NCBI GenBank assembly: GCA_032718475.1
Contig: JAUCBJ010001783.1
Span: forward strand, 1-64,000
Origin: Nemertoderma westbladi
Lineage: Eukaryota > Animalia > Xenacoelomorpha
Direction: 5' to 3'
Length of the DNA: 64,000 nt
Positions 12,501 through 25,644 of the stretch are shown piece after piece. The notes below the pieces were generated by a model. That model searched no databases. It worked only from the letters and a program-made list of their open reading frames with translations, and had not been told where the DNA came from. Made by a program: the position numbers and the translations under genes. Positions within the stretch are counted from its first letter, which is position 1. The number at the start of each line of letters is the position of its first letter.

Positions 12501-12773
12501 GGAATGGAATTAGCTTGCTCGCTCCTCAGTTTGTTTGGGTTGCCTTTTCTTTTTGCACTGATGGCAGTGTTCGCTTTCAAATGTTGTGTTACTGTTAAGT
12601 AATTGAATTCTTCATTATGTTGGGGTTGGGCGCCAGAGGATCCGTTATTTTGTTTAGCTGGTTGTGGTGGTAATATTTTTTTGATTCATTGACTTTATGT
12701 TTAGTTATTTAATTTATTTGTAAGGAATTAATTTCGTACTACAAAATCCCCAGTGCGATGCTATTTCTCAGTA
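7778..12773 (+). repeat. Tandem segmental duplication, copy B
   Basis: Colinear with 1-5637 but lacks the insertions at 356-536 and 877-1298. Identical ORFs 2949/10092 and near-identical MFS ORFs. Confidence 0.95.
11304..12602 (+). CDS. MFS transporter, SLC18B1-like (432 aa, intronless), copy B
   Basis: Same as copy A with four aa changes (F>V, R>G, K>T, D>H) and about four synonymous changes. Confidence 0.85.
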   Translation: MSGEVAPIISCNTNKIPNSLQKGWRLYILVGMLLLNQMIPGWCQNLLESFVPIVVEERGWSKTLIGALLATFSTSRLIIYITCPHSINNWGTRISLGIFGTIGAISQLAFGFVEYIPKSNGLLYILACFSLRLIEAVGLNISFMYSYSLLIELWPQQRTLLTSLAVVCGSFGFMVAPVFGSTIFAALGFEFPFVISGLMFLIVALYCWKESPAYIHDRCESNRPSYLGFLKNPAITLIFILNACFTILSSFINANYSAYIHHNYNVNQYRIGGIYMIFPVFITATGLIMALMMNKLRPILPTIFGAILLTVSMQLIGPTELLGLPHYLGISIAGCALHGIGLGLYETPAIEIQTQLAVNICGYHDNVDTRSLIQQMYRISVSIGAIIGLVIGGFLNDFFGMELACSLLSLFGLPFLFALMAVFAFKCCVTVK

Positions 12774-13299
12774 TGTACCTTTTAGTAGGCCTACAAGGTC
12801 CAGCTTGTGACCCCGTACGATTTTTTAGTTGACGAAGTGACCCCACATAGATGTTTAGTACAGATATGGGACATTATACAAGATTTGGGTAGACTTCACC
12901 AAACTGTTGGCTGGTTTTTTTTAGAGAGTCTTAATCACAGCAAAGGAGGAAATTGCGAAAAAGATTACTATTTTGGATATGAAGAATTAAATGGCATATA
13001 TAGTTTTTCAAAAATACCATAGCAACCAGGTGATAACCACCAATATATCAAGTATAAGGAACAATAAGCATTACTTTTAGTTTTTAGTTGCCTTGGCAAC
13101 GGGTAAGTTTTATGTATTAGCCGTAGTCTCATTAAATCAACCTCCATCCTCACTGTTATCGATTATACGGAGAAATACAATATGTTTTTAGTTTCTAGGT
13201 ATGAAATGACAAGTTGCTATGGTAACTTGTCAGAAAAGTTGAGAAAGTGTTTCTTGTATTAGCGGTTTTCATTTACAAAGTACCGGTATGTCCAATACG

Positions 13300-13960
13300 T
13301 TAACGCGTCAATCTAAACACGCACGTGGGGACTTCGCGCAGCACGTTAGTCCAAATAAACCTTTTCGTAGAGTCACTAGTCATTCGCCCCATAGCGGCAG
13401 ACAGAGGAACTTAAAATCTATATGTGAGCAGAATTTATTCATTGAGCAACGCTCGTAAGGTCACTCCTACCAAATTTCAGATGAATCTGATGGTTGGTTC
13501 TATAATTACAGCCACTTTTACTTTTCTGTGAATTCGCACCCCTAGTGACAGACTGAGGAACTATAGAAGTCTGTCTTTTCTGTTTAATTTCTAAACCTTT
13601 GATTGACTACATGTGTACCAAGTTTGGTTTCAATTCATCCACGATTGACGGACTTATTAGCGTTCAACCATTTTCGACAAGACGACAACAACGAAGACGA
13701 GAGACGGGTCCACTAATTACCCCTACGCTAATGCTCGCGTGGACTTACGTGGCTCGCCCCATATTCACTAAACAATCATATGACGTCATTCGAATCCCTT
13801 TTAGTTCTCGAGTTATCGTGGAATATCTACCTGCCAATCTGTCTGTCAAAATGTTAGATAGACAGACAGACAACCTCCAGACAGACAGACTACGTTTCCC
13901 CAAATATTAAAACTGACATCGTAAATGAAATCAGCGACCCCGAAAACCCCATAAATATAA
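13300..13960. repeat. Probable Helentron-associated (DINE-1/HINE-like) non-autonomous repeat fragments
   Basis: Motifs accaaatttcag, accaagtttggt, ctcgagttatcgtg, a (gaca)n microsatellite and cagcgaccccgaaaacccc resemble such elements. No coding evidence. Confidence 0.4.
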
Positions 13961-15039
13961 TTTTAGCTCGGTGGTGTGCTTCCTTCCTGTCAGAAACTAT
14001 TAACCAACCAGACCCCATATAGGCAGTTTTGCGCGGGAAGGTTGGAACTTTGAAGGCAAGTACTTATCTCAGAAAGTGTACATTTTTTCACACGAAAAAT
14101 AAATACTACTCCTCCGCCATTTCTTAACCGTTTTATGCTAATTTTTATGAACTTTACCTTTATGAAAGGTAATTTCATAAGCTTCAATAAATTATTTCGG
14201 ACAGCTTTTTTTATTTAATAATATTTCCCCATTTGTTTTAATAAAGAAAGATTCGAAAAGACATGTTTTGACATGTGTGACAATTTTTTTTAGAAAATTA
14301 CCAATTATCAGAAATAGAAAATGAAAATACAAAAAGTGGTTTAAACAAATGATGACAATGAACATGCTGGTTGCAAAAAATGTGGTATCGGAAAATAAAA
14401 ATGAAAAATAACGGAGGAGTATAATTTTTAGGGAAATTTTTAAAACTTCATGCAGGCCGCTAGGGAGCGCCAAAAATTCTTTCTTTCAAATTTTTATTTA
14501 CTTTTGATGATTTTCTATTCGATGGTATATAGTTTTCTATGCAATTTCAGCCACTTTGGAGACATACTGTATACAAGTTAATAAAATCAACTACCCCCCC
14601 CCCCCCCCCCCCTAATCAAATAATCCAACCAAAACTCGATTAAACAAGATAACTGGAGTAAAATATATGTTTACTAAACATCTTATATAAATTACTAATG
14701 AAATTTTATATAAATAATTTATATATAAAATGATCTGGTCTAGAATAATATGTTGCGAATTCAACAGAATAAACTCATAGATCATTGATTGGATAAATAT
14801 TTTATTTGTTGTAAGTCACTTTTTTCTGTCAAAGTCGTTAACAAGTTTGAGAAAAAAAAGAACACTTTATATGTCAACAAAAAAGAGTAAGGCACAGAAA
14901 CTGACGGATTCTTCGCAAATTTCGCTAATGTCGTAAACGTCGGGAATTTTTTTGTTATGTAAAATGGACACTCCTTAAGCAAATGGGCCCCTACTTCGCC
15001 CCTGTCGACATCCACCAGCCAATTTTTCCACCAGTCCTT

Positions 15040-16155
15040 TTTTAGAGTGTTTTAAGTTTTTTTGGTATTGGTCAATGTTCTAGAACATTAGTAGATATGT
15101 TTTTTATGATAGGTAGTATTTTTTGAAATTATAAAAAAAATGTGAAAGCAGGATATTTCGGATAGTTATAAAACCCGAAAAAAACGAAAAGCACGAAATT
15201 ATTAACGAAAATATCGAAATTATAAAACTTTAAATAAAATCTAACTTTCCAGTGAGATCGGTATTATTAGAAGGCACATTTTACTTTTTTTAATTAATAA
15301 AATCCGATAATTTCGCCCCATTTTCGACCCTAAAAGTAATTTAATACCAAATACTGGCTCTGCTGATTGGTTGTTAGGGGTGATCCAATGATTGCAAAAC
15401 ACCACAAGATGGCGCTCAAATTAGGACAGTACAGTCAGAGTGTAGGCCTACTGCAGTTATAGCGACTGCTGGACTGCAATTCTGTAGTTACGTTCATCTG
15501 TTCACATCCGCCGCGCCGCGTCACTTGCCTGACAGTCACTGTAGGCCTACAGTGCACACCTAAGCCAGGTAGCGCTAAAGGTACCGTATGCCGTAATGTA
15601 ATGCAAACAACATTTCATATGGGAATTACATCGTTGCAGTACTGGGTTAGGGTACCGGACCGCTTCTTTCAACTTTGCCGCTTCAGGCTGTACCGTACCA
15701 TATGCTTGTACTGTACAGTAATACACCAGTAGGCCCCTATACTGATCTGTTGATGCTGAGTCATTCATCCAAGCTGCCATTATTGGTCAACACCCAACAA
15801 CCAACCAGTAGACAGTATTTGGTATTAAATTACTTTTAAGGTCGAAAATGGGGCGAAATTATCGGATTTTATTAATTAAAAAATGTAAAGTGTGACTTAT
15901 AATTATACTCATCTTATTGGAAAGCGAGATTTTGTAGATTGTTTGATAATTTTGATATTTTCGCTGATAAATTCGTCTTTTTCGTTATTTTCGGGTTTTA
16001 TAACTATCCGGATATTTCAGGTTAAACTGTTGCAGAATATATTAATGACCAAAATAATTTTTAAAAATTACTAGCTAGCAAAAAATACTAGCTACCATAA
16101 AAAATCTACTAAGGTTCTAGAACATTCACTAATATAAAAAAAAACACTCAAAAAC
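15040..16155. mobile_element. Foldback-like element with ~350-bp imperfect inverted arms
   Basis: 15040-15392 is inverted relative to 15778-16155, e.g. aatccgataatttcgccccattttcgacc / ggtcgaaaatggggcgaaattatcggatt and gttctagaacattagtagat / atctactaaggttctagaac. Confidence 0.8.
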
Positions 16156-16300
16156 AATATTAATTGGGCTAGAGTTCCGTATAGAACTACATTTTTAAAA
16201 CATATATTATTGTTACTATGGCAACGTTGAAGAGTTCTAGAACGAATCGAGAAAGAAATTTTTTTTATTACTAGCTATTTTAAATTTAAAACATTGCTAT

Positions 16301-16597
16301 TGTGATGATCCGATGTAAGATCGTAAACAAGATGAATTGATATACGCAAAGCAATATTGTTTATATTAATAAAATCGGCAAAAGGTAAAACAGCAGTATT
16401 GCTGTAGTCCAGTATGCAGTACAGCAGTAGTCATGGTTAGACTACAGGACTGGCTGACTGGTCTGGTGTAATACAATCTACAGCATAAACATATAAAACA
16501 GCAGTACCGGTAAAAGGTACAGTACAGACTACCAGAACATAACATATACAGTATCCTAATAGGCCAGGCATTCGGTCAGTCTCAAGGGATCTCCACA
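16301..16597 (-). repeat. Gypsy 3' LTR (297 bp, TG...CA)
   Basis: Preceded on the minus strand by PPT agaagggggg. Its first ~65 bp match 21058-21122. Confidence 0.9.
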
Positions 16598-16635
16598 CCC
16601 CCCTTCTAGCTGAGCATAGGTGACCTATGGCGCAG

Positions 16636-19600
16636 CTAAACTAAAGATAGTCTGGGGGGCGGATTGTCCGCATGGCTGCGCCGTTGTAGTAAAGGCAGAG
16701 GCTCAGGTGCGAATTGTACACGCTGCTCTGGCTGTGGCGCAGTGGTGGTGGTGGGGTCAGTTGAAACCTGGGTTGGCGGTGGTGGGGTGGGTTCCAGAGT
16801 TGGGGTGGGGTGGGGAGGTGTAGCTGGGTGTAGAAAGCGGTGGTTACGGCGGTACACACGCCCACTCGCTAGTTTAACCTCATAATCTCTGTGGGGCCCA
16901 ACCTGTATGATGGTGCCAGTACGATCCCAACGCTTAGTGTTGGGGTCATGCTGTAGAACTGTGGTTCCCAGGTAGAGATGGGGAAGGCCACGGGTGTACT
17001 GGTCATGGGTTGCCCATTCAGTTGCCTTAACATCTGAGCGACGGTCAGCCACCTCGGTGATAGTACACCACTGGGGGGCGTAAGTGGTGTGATGTGCCGG
17101 TACGAGGGAGCATAAGGGGGCGCCGAATACAATCTGCGCAGGGGACAGTCCTGTGGAGTTCGGAGTGTTCCGCCATTCCAAGAGGCCCTGGTTGAATGCA
17201 TCTATTAGGAATCCAGACTTCTTAACCAAGCTCTTAATCGCTTTGACTGCCGCCTCGGCGTGGCCATTGGAGGATGGGTTGTAGGGTGAGGAAGGTGAGA
17301 GGGAGACACCCCAACATTGGGCAAAGGTACAGAAGTCATGGGCATCAAATTGGGGTCCACCATCAGTGCGGAGTCGTATAGGTACTCCAGTTGCAGAGAA
17401 TTCACGTGAGAGAGCCATGGTGACTGCAGACGCTGTGGGAGGGGACCTCCACTCCATGACACAGGGCCATCCAGAGAACCGGCAGGTGTAGATGAGGTAG
17501 CTAAGTCCACTAACATCAAATAGGTCTGCAGAGGTGTCCTTGAATGGTCTGCTTGGTTGGTCCTCCTGGAGATGTGGTTCGGGGGCTGGCTCAGGCGTGA
17601 TTCCTGGCAGAGGTCACATGAGTCCACCATGTGATGGATGTCTTCACCAATATTAGGCCAGAAAACTGTGAGGCGCGCATGACGCTTTGTACGTTCAACC
17701 CCCTGGTGGGAGGCATGAAGTCGCTGGAGCACACCGGGGTGCATTCCCATGGGGACTACTAGTCTATTATCATAGAGGACAAGGCAGTGTCCCAGGAAAG
17801 TTTATCCTGCAGTTTCCTGCAGTCTACCAGGTGTGTGGATGATGATAGGGATGTGGCGATGGCAGAGACAGTGGCATGGGAGTAGACTAAGACCAGTTCA
17901 TCTGCCAAGTCCTCTGCAGTAGGGTCTGCGACTGGGGTGTGGGCGTGGCATCTGGGATACAATGGGATTTCCCAGCAGCCCATATGGTATGGAAGGAGTA
18001 GGCCATGGTGCGCTCCTTAAGGCATTGGAGGCGAGGGTTCTCCACCTCATCCAGTGTGTGGTGATCGAGGATGGAAACGAGGGGCCATTGATTGGTGACT
18101 ATTTCAAAGTCTGCCAGGCCAGAGAGGAATATATGGCACTTCCGGAGAGCCCAGGTGACTGCGAGCAGCTCCAGCTCAACCATGGCATACCACCCCTCTG
18201 TCTCTGAAATAAAGCGGGAACCACACTGAACTAGGTCTCACCTTGGTCCTGCAACAATACGTAACTGAGGCCATTAACACGTGAGGCATCAGTCTGGATG
18301 AGGGTGGTAGGGAGGCAGGGTTTAAAGTTTGCCAGAATAGGGATGGATGTCAGGGCAGCTTTTTTTACAGCTGCGAATGCCTTGTCGTGTATTTCCTCCC
18401 AGACAAATGAGTTTATTCTGCAGGAGGGGCCGGAGTGATGCAGCTGTCGGAGTAATAGAACGCGTGAATGTACCCAGTTGCTCAACCATGCCGAGGTATG
18501 ACTGTAGATGGGTAATATTGTTTGGCCGTGGGAAAGAGGCAATTGCCGCGAGTTTAGCAGGGTCTGCCTCGATACTGGTGGCAGAAATGCAGAAACCAGC
18601 AAACTCCACGCGCTCCTGTGCAAAGGCAAACTTCCCTGGATGCAGTGTGATCCCTGACTCACAGCAGTGGAGGAGGATATGGCGGATCAGGTCCACATGG
18701 GCAGATAGATTGGGTGAGAAAGCAAGGATATCATCGACAATCTTCCGGGTGTGTGGGACAGAGCCAAGAGCAAGGTCGCCCTGTAGGCAGTATACATCGC
18801 CTGTGGAGCAGAGTCCCATCGGACCAGGTACATGTTTAAAACGGCCCCAGGGGGTGGCGAATGTGGTCAAGTCTTGGGAGGCCTCCTCCAGTGGGAGCTG
18901 CCAGTAACCATCCACTGCATCAAGAGTGGAGAAAAACTGCATCCCACCTGGGATGTCAGAGACAGCATCCCATGGTGTATGAAGGGGGTAAATTGGCCAG
19001 CGGACAAACTTATTGAGTTTAGTTAGGTCTACAGTTATCCATACACCTTCATGTTTCTTTTGCACAACGACAAGATGGTGGCACCATTCAGTAGGTTTTG
19101 TCACTGGTACAATAACACCATCGGCCAGCATCTTGTCCAGTTCTTCCTTTGCAGCTTCATGGTAGGCAAGGGGAATGATCCGGGCCCCTCGGACTGAGAA
19201 GGGGGTGGTGCCATCGACCAAGTCAATAGACATTGGGGGCCCAACCTGGGGTCGGAGTGGGCCCTCCAGGTCAAAGACGTCAGTGAACTCACTGAGGAGT
19301 TGTTTGCGTAGGCGCTCTACTGTGACTGGTGGTGTTGGAAGACAAGTCGGGTGAATGTCAGTGCATTTTATCTCCTGTGCAGCCAGGGGGGGGGGGGGGG
19401 CTCATTTAGCACCAGGGGTGGGGGCAGTGGCCCCATTGACTGTGCAGGTGTCTGAGAGTGCTGAATGGCCATATCAGTTGCCATGAGTGGCTGAGGGACT
19501 GCATCGTGGTACCTAAGTATCCCCAGTTCAGTGCACATTCTCCAGGAGAGAAGGATTCCATCATACTCCCGGCTGATAATGAAGGATGTGGAGAGAGATA

Positions 19601-19766
19601 GCGGTTCTGGAAGGAAATAGTGAGAGGCAGGGAACCACCAATATGTAGTGAGAGACCATCGGCTGCTTCTACCTGCTGAGCCAACTCATGTAGTCTGCCT
19701 GGCTGTTCCCCAAACCGACCGACTAATGTTAAACCCATAATATTCACATCGGAACCAGTGTCTGGG
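16636..19766 (-). pseudogene. Gypsy pol (PR-RT-RH-IN), multiply frameshifted
   Basis: PDTGSD at ~19750; RT LDAVDGYWQ..PMGL..IVDDIL (18322-19233); ELELLAVTWAL; H-x3-H/C-x2-C zinc finger; RTDGGPQF..SNGHAEAAVK integrase (16636-17457). Confidence 0.95.
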
Positions 19767-19807
19767 AGAACCGGTAGTGTACAGCGCTCCAGAAATTGTG
19801 ACAGAAA

Positions 19808-21031
19808 CTAATGGGGCCGGTACTGGTCGTTCGGGGCATGTGCCATGTGATGTGGAGTCAGTGATCTGATGGGTTCGAAGAAGGCCGACTTTCCCACGAG
19901 TAGCAGCAGGAGCAGAGCTGCAACACATCTGCTGCACGTGACCACGGCACTGACAGTTTTGACAGGTAACCTCATAAGCGGGACAGCCGGACTGGGTTGT
20001 GTGAGGGGTGCCCCCAAAATTTCCACATTGCTGATCCACAGAGCGGTGACTGCCCTGGTGGCGGCCATTGTCACTGGGCAGTTCCCCGGAAGTTGCATGG
20101 TACACGGAGCTAGCTGGGCCACCAATGCGAACGTTTGCGTGTTCCCTCGAAGCTGCCTCCTTGGCCCGAGATATGTTGATAACTTCCGGGAGATCTGGGA
20201 ACGGAGTACGAGCAGGAGTAGTTTCTGCTTCGTCTCTGCACAGAGCCAGCCAGCAACAAAGTTAACAGCAATTTGGTGGCTGCGGCAGTGGGTGCAAAGT
20301 TCTGCCCCCAAATCCTCCAAGGCGATCCGGTATTCATCGACAGTTTTCCCTGGCCGTTGGGATTGGTTAATGAAGTTGACATAGTCGAGGGCAAGGTTGG
20401 ATTGACCCCGAAGATAAACCTGAAGGGCATCGAGGACAGTACCTGGGGCGAGTGTGGGGTCGCTGAGGTCCAGGGCACAGTTTACTTCGACCGACCGAGC
20501 GAGGCGGGTTGTAAAAGTTCCTTTAAGAGCTGGCGTTTGCTCGTCCACAGGGTAGGAAGTCAGTCTGTACTGGCGGACAAAGAATTCCCACTGACGCTGC
20601 CAGGTGCGGAACTGTGGGAGTCGGATATTGGTGTCCAGTCGCTGAAGTGCGCGTGTATTGATGACGCGTGGGGGATGCCAGGGGTTGGGGGCGTGATCAT
20701 CGGCTGTAGGCATGGTAGGTGGTGCCAGAGGAATAGCTGCGTGGGGAAGCAACGCCTCTATTAGGGCCGCAAGGTGCTCATCTGCACGGCGTGCATCCTC
20801 TCGGCGTTGTTCTTCGACAACTCGGCAGTATTCCTCTGTCTCGCGCCGATGTTGATCATTGGCAATCCGTTGGTGATCGGTGAGCGCACGGAACAGTTCG
20901 TCGTATGACAGTTTGCGTGTGTGGTGCGTCTTGGGCGACACAGTAGCAGACACGTCGGACTCCGACAGCATGCCATCCCAGTCATCCGTGGCTGGAAGTG
21001 TGGAGTCACGGGAGTGACCCATGAGAGTCAC
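19808..21031 (-). pseudogene. Gypsy gag, frameshifted
   Basis: FRTWQRQWEFF, Q-x-PGKTVDEY capsid-like motifs. Two degenerate CCHC knuckles (CGNFGGTPH..C; CQNCQCRGHVQQMC) in the adjacent frame. Confidence 0.85.
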
Positions 21032-22144
21032 GTAAGTTTATAATAATTGCAACGCCATGTGATGATCCGATGTAGTATCGTAAACAAGATGAATTGATAT
21101 AAGCAAAGCAATATTGTTTATTCGAAATTCGCGAAGAATGACAAAAAAAGTTATGAAAAAAACTAATGACGAAAAAGTAATGACTAATGACAAATAAAGT
21201 AATGTTACCATGACATTAATAACAATATTGCATTTAAATAGATAATTTCAAATACTATCTAGTTTTTGCTCAATTTTTTTTAAATAAATGTTATAGAACG
21301 GTTAGCTATTAATTTTGAAAATTATTTTTGTTCTAGAACACATTTTTTATTTTTTATACTAGCTAGATTTTTCTACCTTTTTTTTATAAAAGTTATAGGT
21401 TTAAGGCTAAACAGACGTCGGGAATCGAAAGAATGGTGTGAATTATAATATTTATAAAAAAGGGACGAAAATTTTTTTTTTTAATAAATCGCTACTCCAT
21501 TATAATTTATCTTTTTGCGCCAAAACTACCTGTAAAATGTAGCAAATTAACTCTGCTATCTATTTTCTTAACATTTATGATGATAATTACAGAATTTTCA
21601 GGGTCGAAAAAATATTGCATTGCATAACTTTGGCCCTTTTTTTCATTTTTTTTTGGGGCCAAAAATGACCCCCTCTCAAAAGATAGAGAAAAAAATTACG
21701 GCAAAGAATATACCAATTTTATTGAATTTGGACCATCGGAACCGAATTTAGAGCGATTTTAGTGAAAAAATAAAAAAATGTTTTTGCAAAAAAATAAGAA
21801 TGGTCAATTCACAAAATTTTATAATTAGCACAATACGGTACAATGAAAGGTCATGAAATATTTAGAATACTGTAAAAGTTATTACATTGTTAGGCCTACC
21901 TACTGCAGTAATATTCAAACCTTAAATATCAGAGTATTAATAGTAATAATAGTATTATATTATGATAATTATTATGTTAATATAATAAATTTAATGTAAA
22001 AAAAATTATATAAGTTCTAGTTAAAGCAAAAGTAAAATAAAAGTAAAAATGTGATAAAAATTAATTAATTAATTATAATAAAATGCCATTGAGATAGAAT
22101 CATAATGTCATCACAGAAGATAGCCCAGCCCCCCTTTACCCTAC

Positions 22145-23384
22145 TGTTCGTGCTTTCAGACCTTTAGCAGTTTAACCTGCCAAATTTGGATGTCTTCTAG
22201 ATAATAAATCGACTTTAGCCTATGACGAGTATTTGATACACTACATTAGCCGAAGCCAGTCTATGCGCGACCATTCACCCGCTGGATATACCCGGGAGAC
22301 TGGATTCGGAAGCCTAACCTTATTGCGGTGTAGGCCTACTGTATTATTCGACTGATCGTAATATATAATCTCTGACAAATATTATTCACTTTCGGGAAAT
22401 ATTAACAGTTCCTTTAGGACGTGGCGCTCTAAATATGTAAACAGAGTTATGACTTAAACTAGACACAACGGGATGGCTATGGATTCACGTATATAGCGCA
22501 TTCTTTAGGAGATGCTTTGTTATCAGTCACAATCATACACACTACTGCACAATGCTGCACACCGATCTGCCGACCTTCACTAATTTTAGTCACATATAAA
22601 GAGAACAACAACCGATACATGTAGTGCCTATGAAATAGCATTAGATTCACTTCAAAACCACTTTAATGTAAGTCGCAATCGTTATATGTAACCGGTCTCT
22701 CTTACCTTCAGTATATCAAGAAGATTGAGGGTTTTGTAATTATTTATCGATATTCCAAATATAATAATATTCCATCAACTGATATAATGAATAACCGACA
22801 GTAAATAGCACTAAAAATGTTAAGGTATAAATTGTTATGATATGTTATGGTATGATTAGTAAGTAAGATAACAGATATACGTTCTATAATTAAGCCTACT
22901 AATGTTGGGCTAAAGCCTGAAAACACAGAGATTCCAAAGCCGGTCTTCTAGGCTCGGAAAAAACCAACACAACTGATCCCTCTGGGCTGTTGTAGGTATC
23001 TTTCAACACAAAGAGAAACAGCTCTCATTGGCCGAGTTCCAGATTCTGTAGGTTCCACGAATGTCTAAATGCCGAACTATTCGGGTTTTTGCAGCCCATA
23101 TTCAACACAAGGCGAAATCGCTCTGATTGGTGGATCATTGTTCTGATTGGTTGATCGAACAGAACAAAGAGCCTATAGGCGTACAGCAAATCGGTTGGTA
23201 GATTGCGTCATTTGAGTTAGGTAGTTTAGAGTATTTGAGCGCATTGTGGGAAAACTGGCTTTTTATGTCCGCTAAAGCACACATGCAGACACAGCGGATA
23301 AATCTCTAGTTATGTCCTCTAAAAACACCTTACACAGTACATTGCGGAGAAAAGGGCCAGTTATATCCCGCAAAAGCTTTTACA
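22145..23384 (-). repeat. BEL/Pao 3' LTR
   Basis: Direct repeat of 33513-34752 with about 8 mismatches seen by eye. Confidence 0.97.
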
Positions 23385-25644
23385 CCGCTCCCAGAAAATG
23401 GGATTTAATTCTATAAAATATAAAAAATCACAGTTTCTAAAATATAAAAATACTCTAAACAGCTAGTCTTTCTTGCGCGGACGGCGTTTACGCAGTTTTT
23501 TGAGGCTAGCAAGAGTCCTTTTCTCTTTGGGGGGAGCCGCTTTACTAGGAGGGCTGTAACTCCTGGGTGAAGGGTGCAATACAATTGCATCAGAAGGTTT
23601 AGGGTTACGGTCGATGTCTCGTCCATTTCGATATGCTTCTCCTCGAGCTGATTTTCCTCCGCTTATCGTTGGATGCGTTCGTCCAAAACTCTTGCAGAGA
23701 ATAGGGTCGTCCAAGTTCGATATCTTCTTAGAGATTCTGAATTTCCTGATCGAACTGAGATAAAATTAATTTGTTTACCGCTTGGACTTGCTGCTGCAAT
23801 TTACGTTTCTCTAAACAATTGTAGGTTCATTTTCCGATCTTTTGACAAATAGTGTCCAACGCGTTTCGTACAACTCTTTCCTCCGCCTCGGTGACAGGTT
23901 GTATCGGGTTAAACAGGGACGATGATACGGTTGAATGGCAATATTAGCTGTCCGCGTCCCAATCCGACTAAGTAAGATGGATGAATATTTAGGGAGTCCA
24001 CAACCGGAGTGCTACCGACTAACTGTTCGGGTAACACTAGATCTTTGAACAGTGAGTACAGTTCGGGAGGATCCGTGATACTATTAGGATCAAGAGTCTG
24101 AGGTCTAACTAGGGAATGAGGAGGTCTGACCGAGTATTCCGGAACTCTGATCATAGGTTTATTTAAGGATCGTTTGAATCGAGCGAGCGTAGGTGATACA
24201 TCGAACAAGTTTCGCTCGAAACTCCCATAAATATAGCGAGTAAAACCGTGTTTAAAGCAACGTCTCCGCTGATGTTTATGTCTTTCCGTTTGTTGGTTGG
24301 GTCTTGGGCATTCATCGCAATAATACCAAAGACGCACGTCTTGTAGGGGAAACGCGGGTGATATTTATTCGGTGTTACAACGTTTCTCTCAAGAATTCCA
24401 AATATACGTTAGAGTTACTACGTTTATCCGGTTCTTTAACGTCTTCTCTTTCGAGTCGATTTCGAATAGAATTTTCACATTCGATTTTCAGTTTATCGTT
24501 CCGACTCCGCTGGGTAGGATACTCAAAACAGTACCATTTCCCTTTCGGTGTTGACATCGTCCGTATCGTGTAAATCGATAGAATGACTAGTAGTTAAGAA
24601 GTCCATATACATACCATTACAATGCGTATAGCGAGCGGTGAATTTTCTATAGTCCAATTCACGCGTAAGTTGCTCCTGGGACATTGGCGGTTCGATATAA
24701 CGACCATCGTCCTCCGTAGTAGTTGGACCAGCGTCGCCGCGTATCAAGCTATCAACAAACGCTTGTAAAGGTAGAGTATATCGCTCCCTGATACCAAGAT
24801 CATCTTCTATCAACTCAGTCATATCTGCTATATGAGTTTATCAATATTATAATGAGTTTATATTTAGGCTAGCGGGCGTCGCTGCCTACCCCTCTCGGCC
24901 CCCGGACAGCGCAAGATCCTCAGCGCTGGTGTACTTTCGCCGATGTGCCTATCGCCAACGTCGTAGCTGCACAACGACCACAACAACCAGCGCGAGTCAC
25001 TCTACCGTCCGTCCCAAAGGCTTAGATTTACTTCAGGTTCTTACTGGAGAGTTAGGGCTACTTTCACAATTGCGACTCGCTACTGTAAACACACTTTAGT
25101 AGTAACATTCACCTATAAACGCACAAATTCCACGCAATTGTCACAAATTGTACACATTCGGGCCATTTGTACGTTAGTCAGTGCCTTCCAGAATGCCACG
25201 TTATTATTGGGTATCCTGGGATACTAGCAGTGTGCTATTTATTCCTTATGCTATTCAATGGGCAAGCTTTATTGTTCTTTTAACTCACTTCTAATTCTAG
25301 CGTGGTTGTTGCCATGGTGACATTATGGAAAGCTAGCGGTAGAATTAGGGTAATTCTCATGCATACAGATCTGGGATGCTATTTAATAGTAATTCTTTAA
25401 TTGTCAATATTTCTCTTTATACATGATTTTATGAATTTTATCGGCTATTGACTATATATTGGAGATTCTCGCACACTAATATACTTAATAGGGTGAATCT
25501 CCGCTCCCATGATCTATTAATTTATGGAATTTTGGGAATGTTATAAATTGTATAAAAATGACAATTTATCAAATTCATTAAAATATGAATTTAAATTTAT
25601 TCCCGTAAATTTTATTATTTAATATTAAATAGACACAATTTTAT

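Larger units (their letters stand above)
16301..21122 (-). mobile_element. Ty3/Gypsy LTR retrotransposon (Mag-like), decayed, 5' LTR truncated
   Basis: Order gag-PR(DTG)-RT(VDD)-RNaseH(TDAS)-IN on the minus strand. 3' LTR 16301-16597, 5' LTR remnant 21058-21122, PBS-like TGGCG at 21053-21057, PPT at 16598-16607. Confidence 0.95.
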
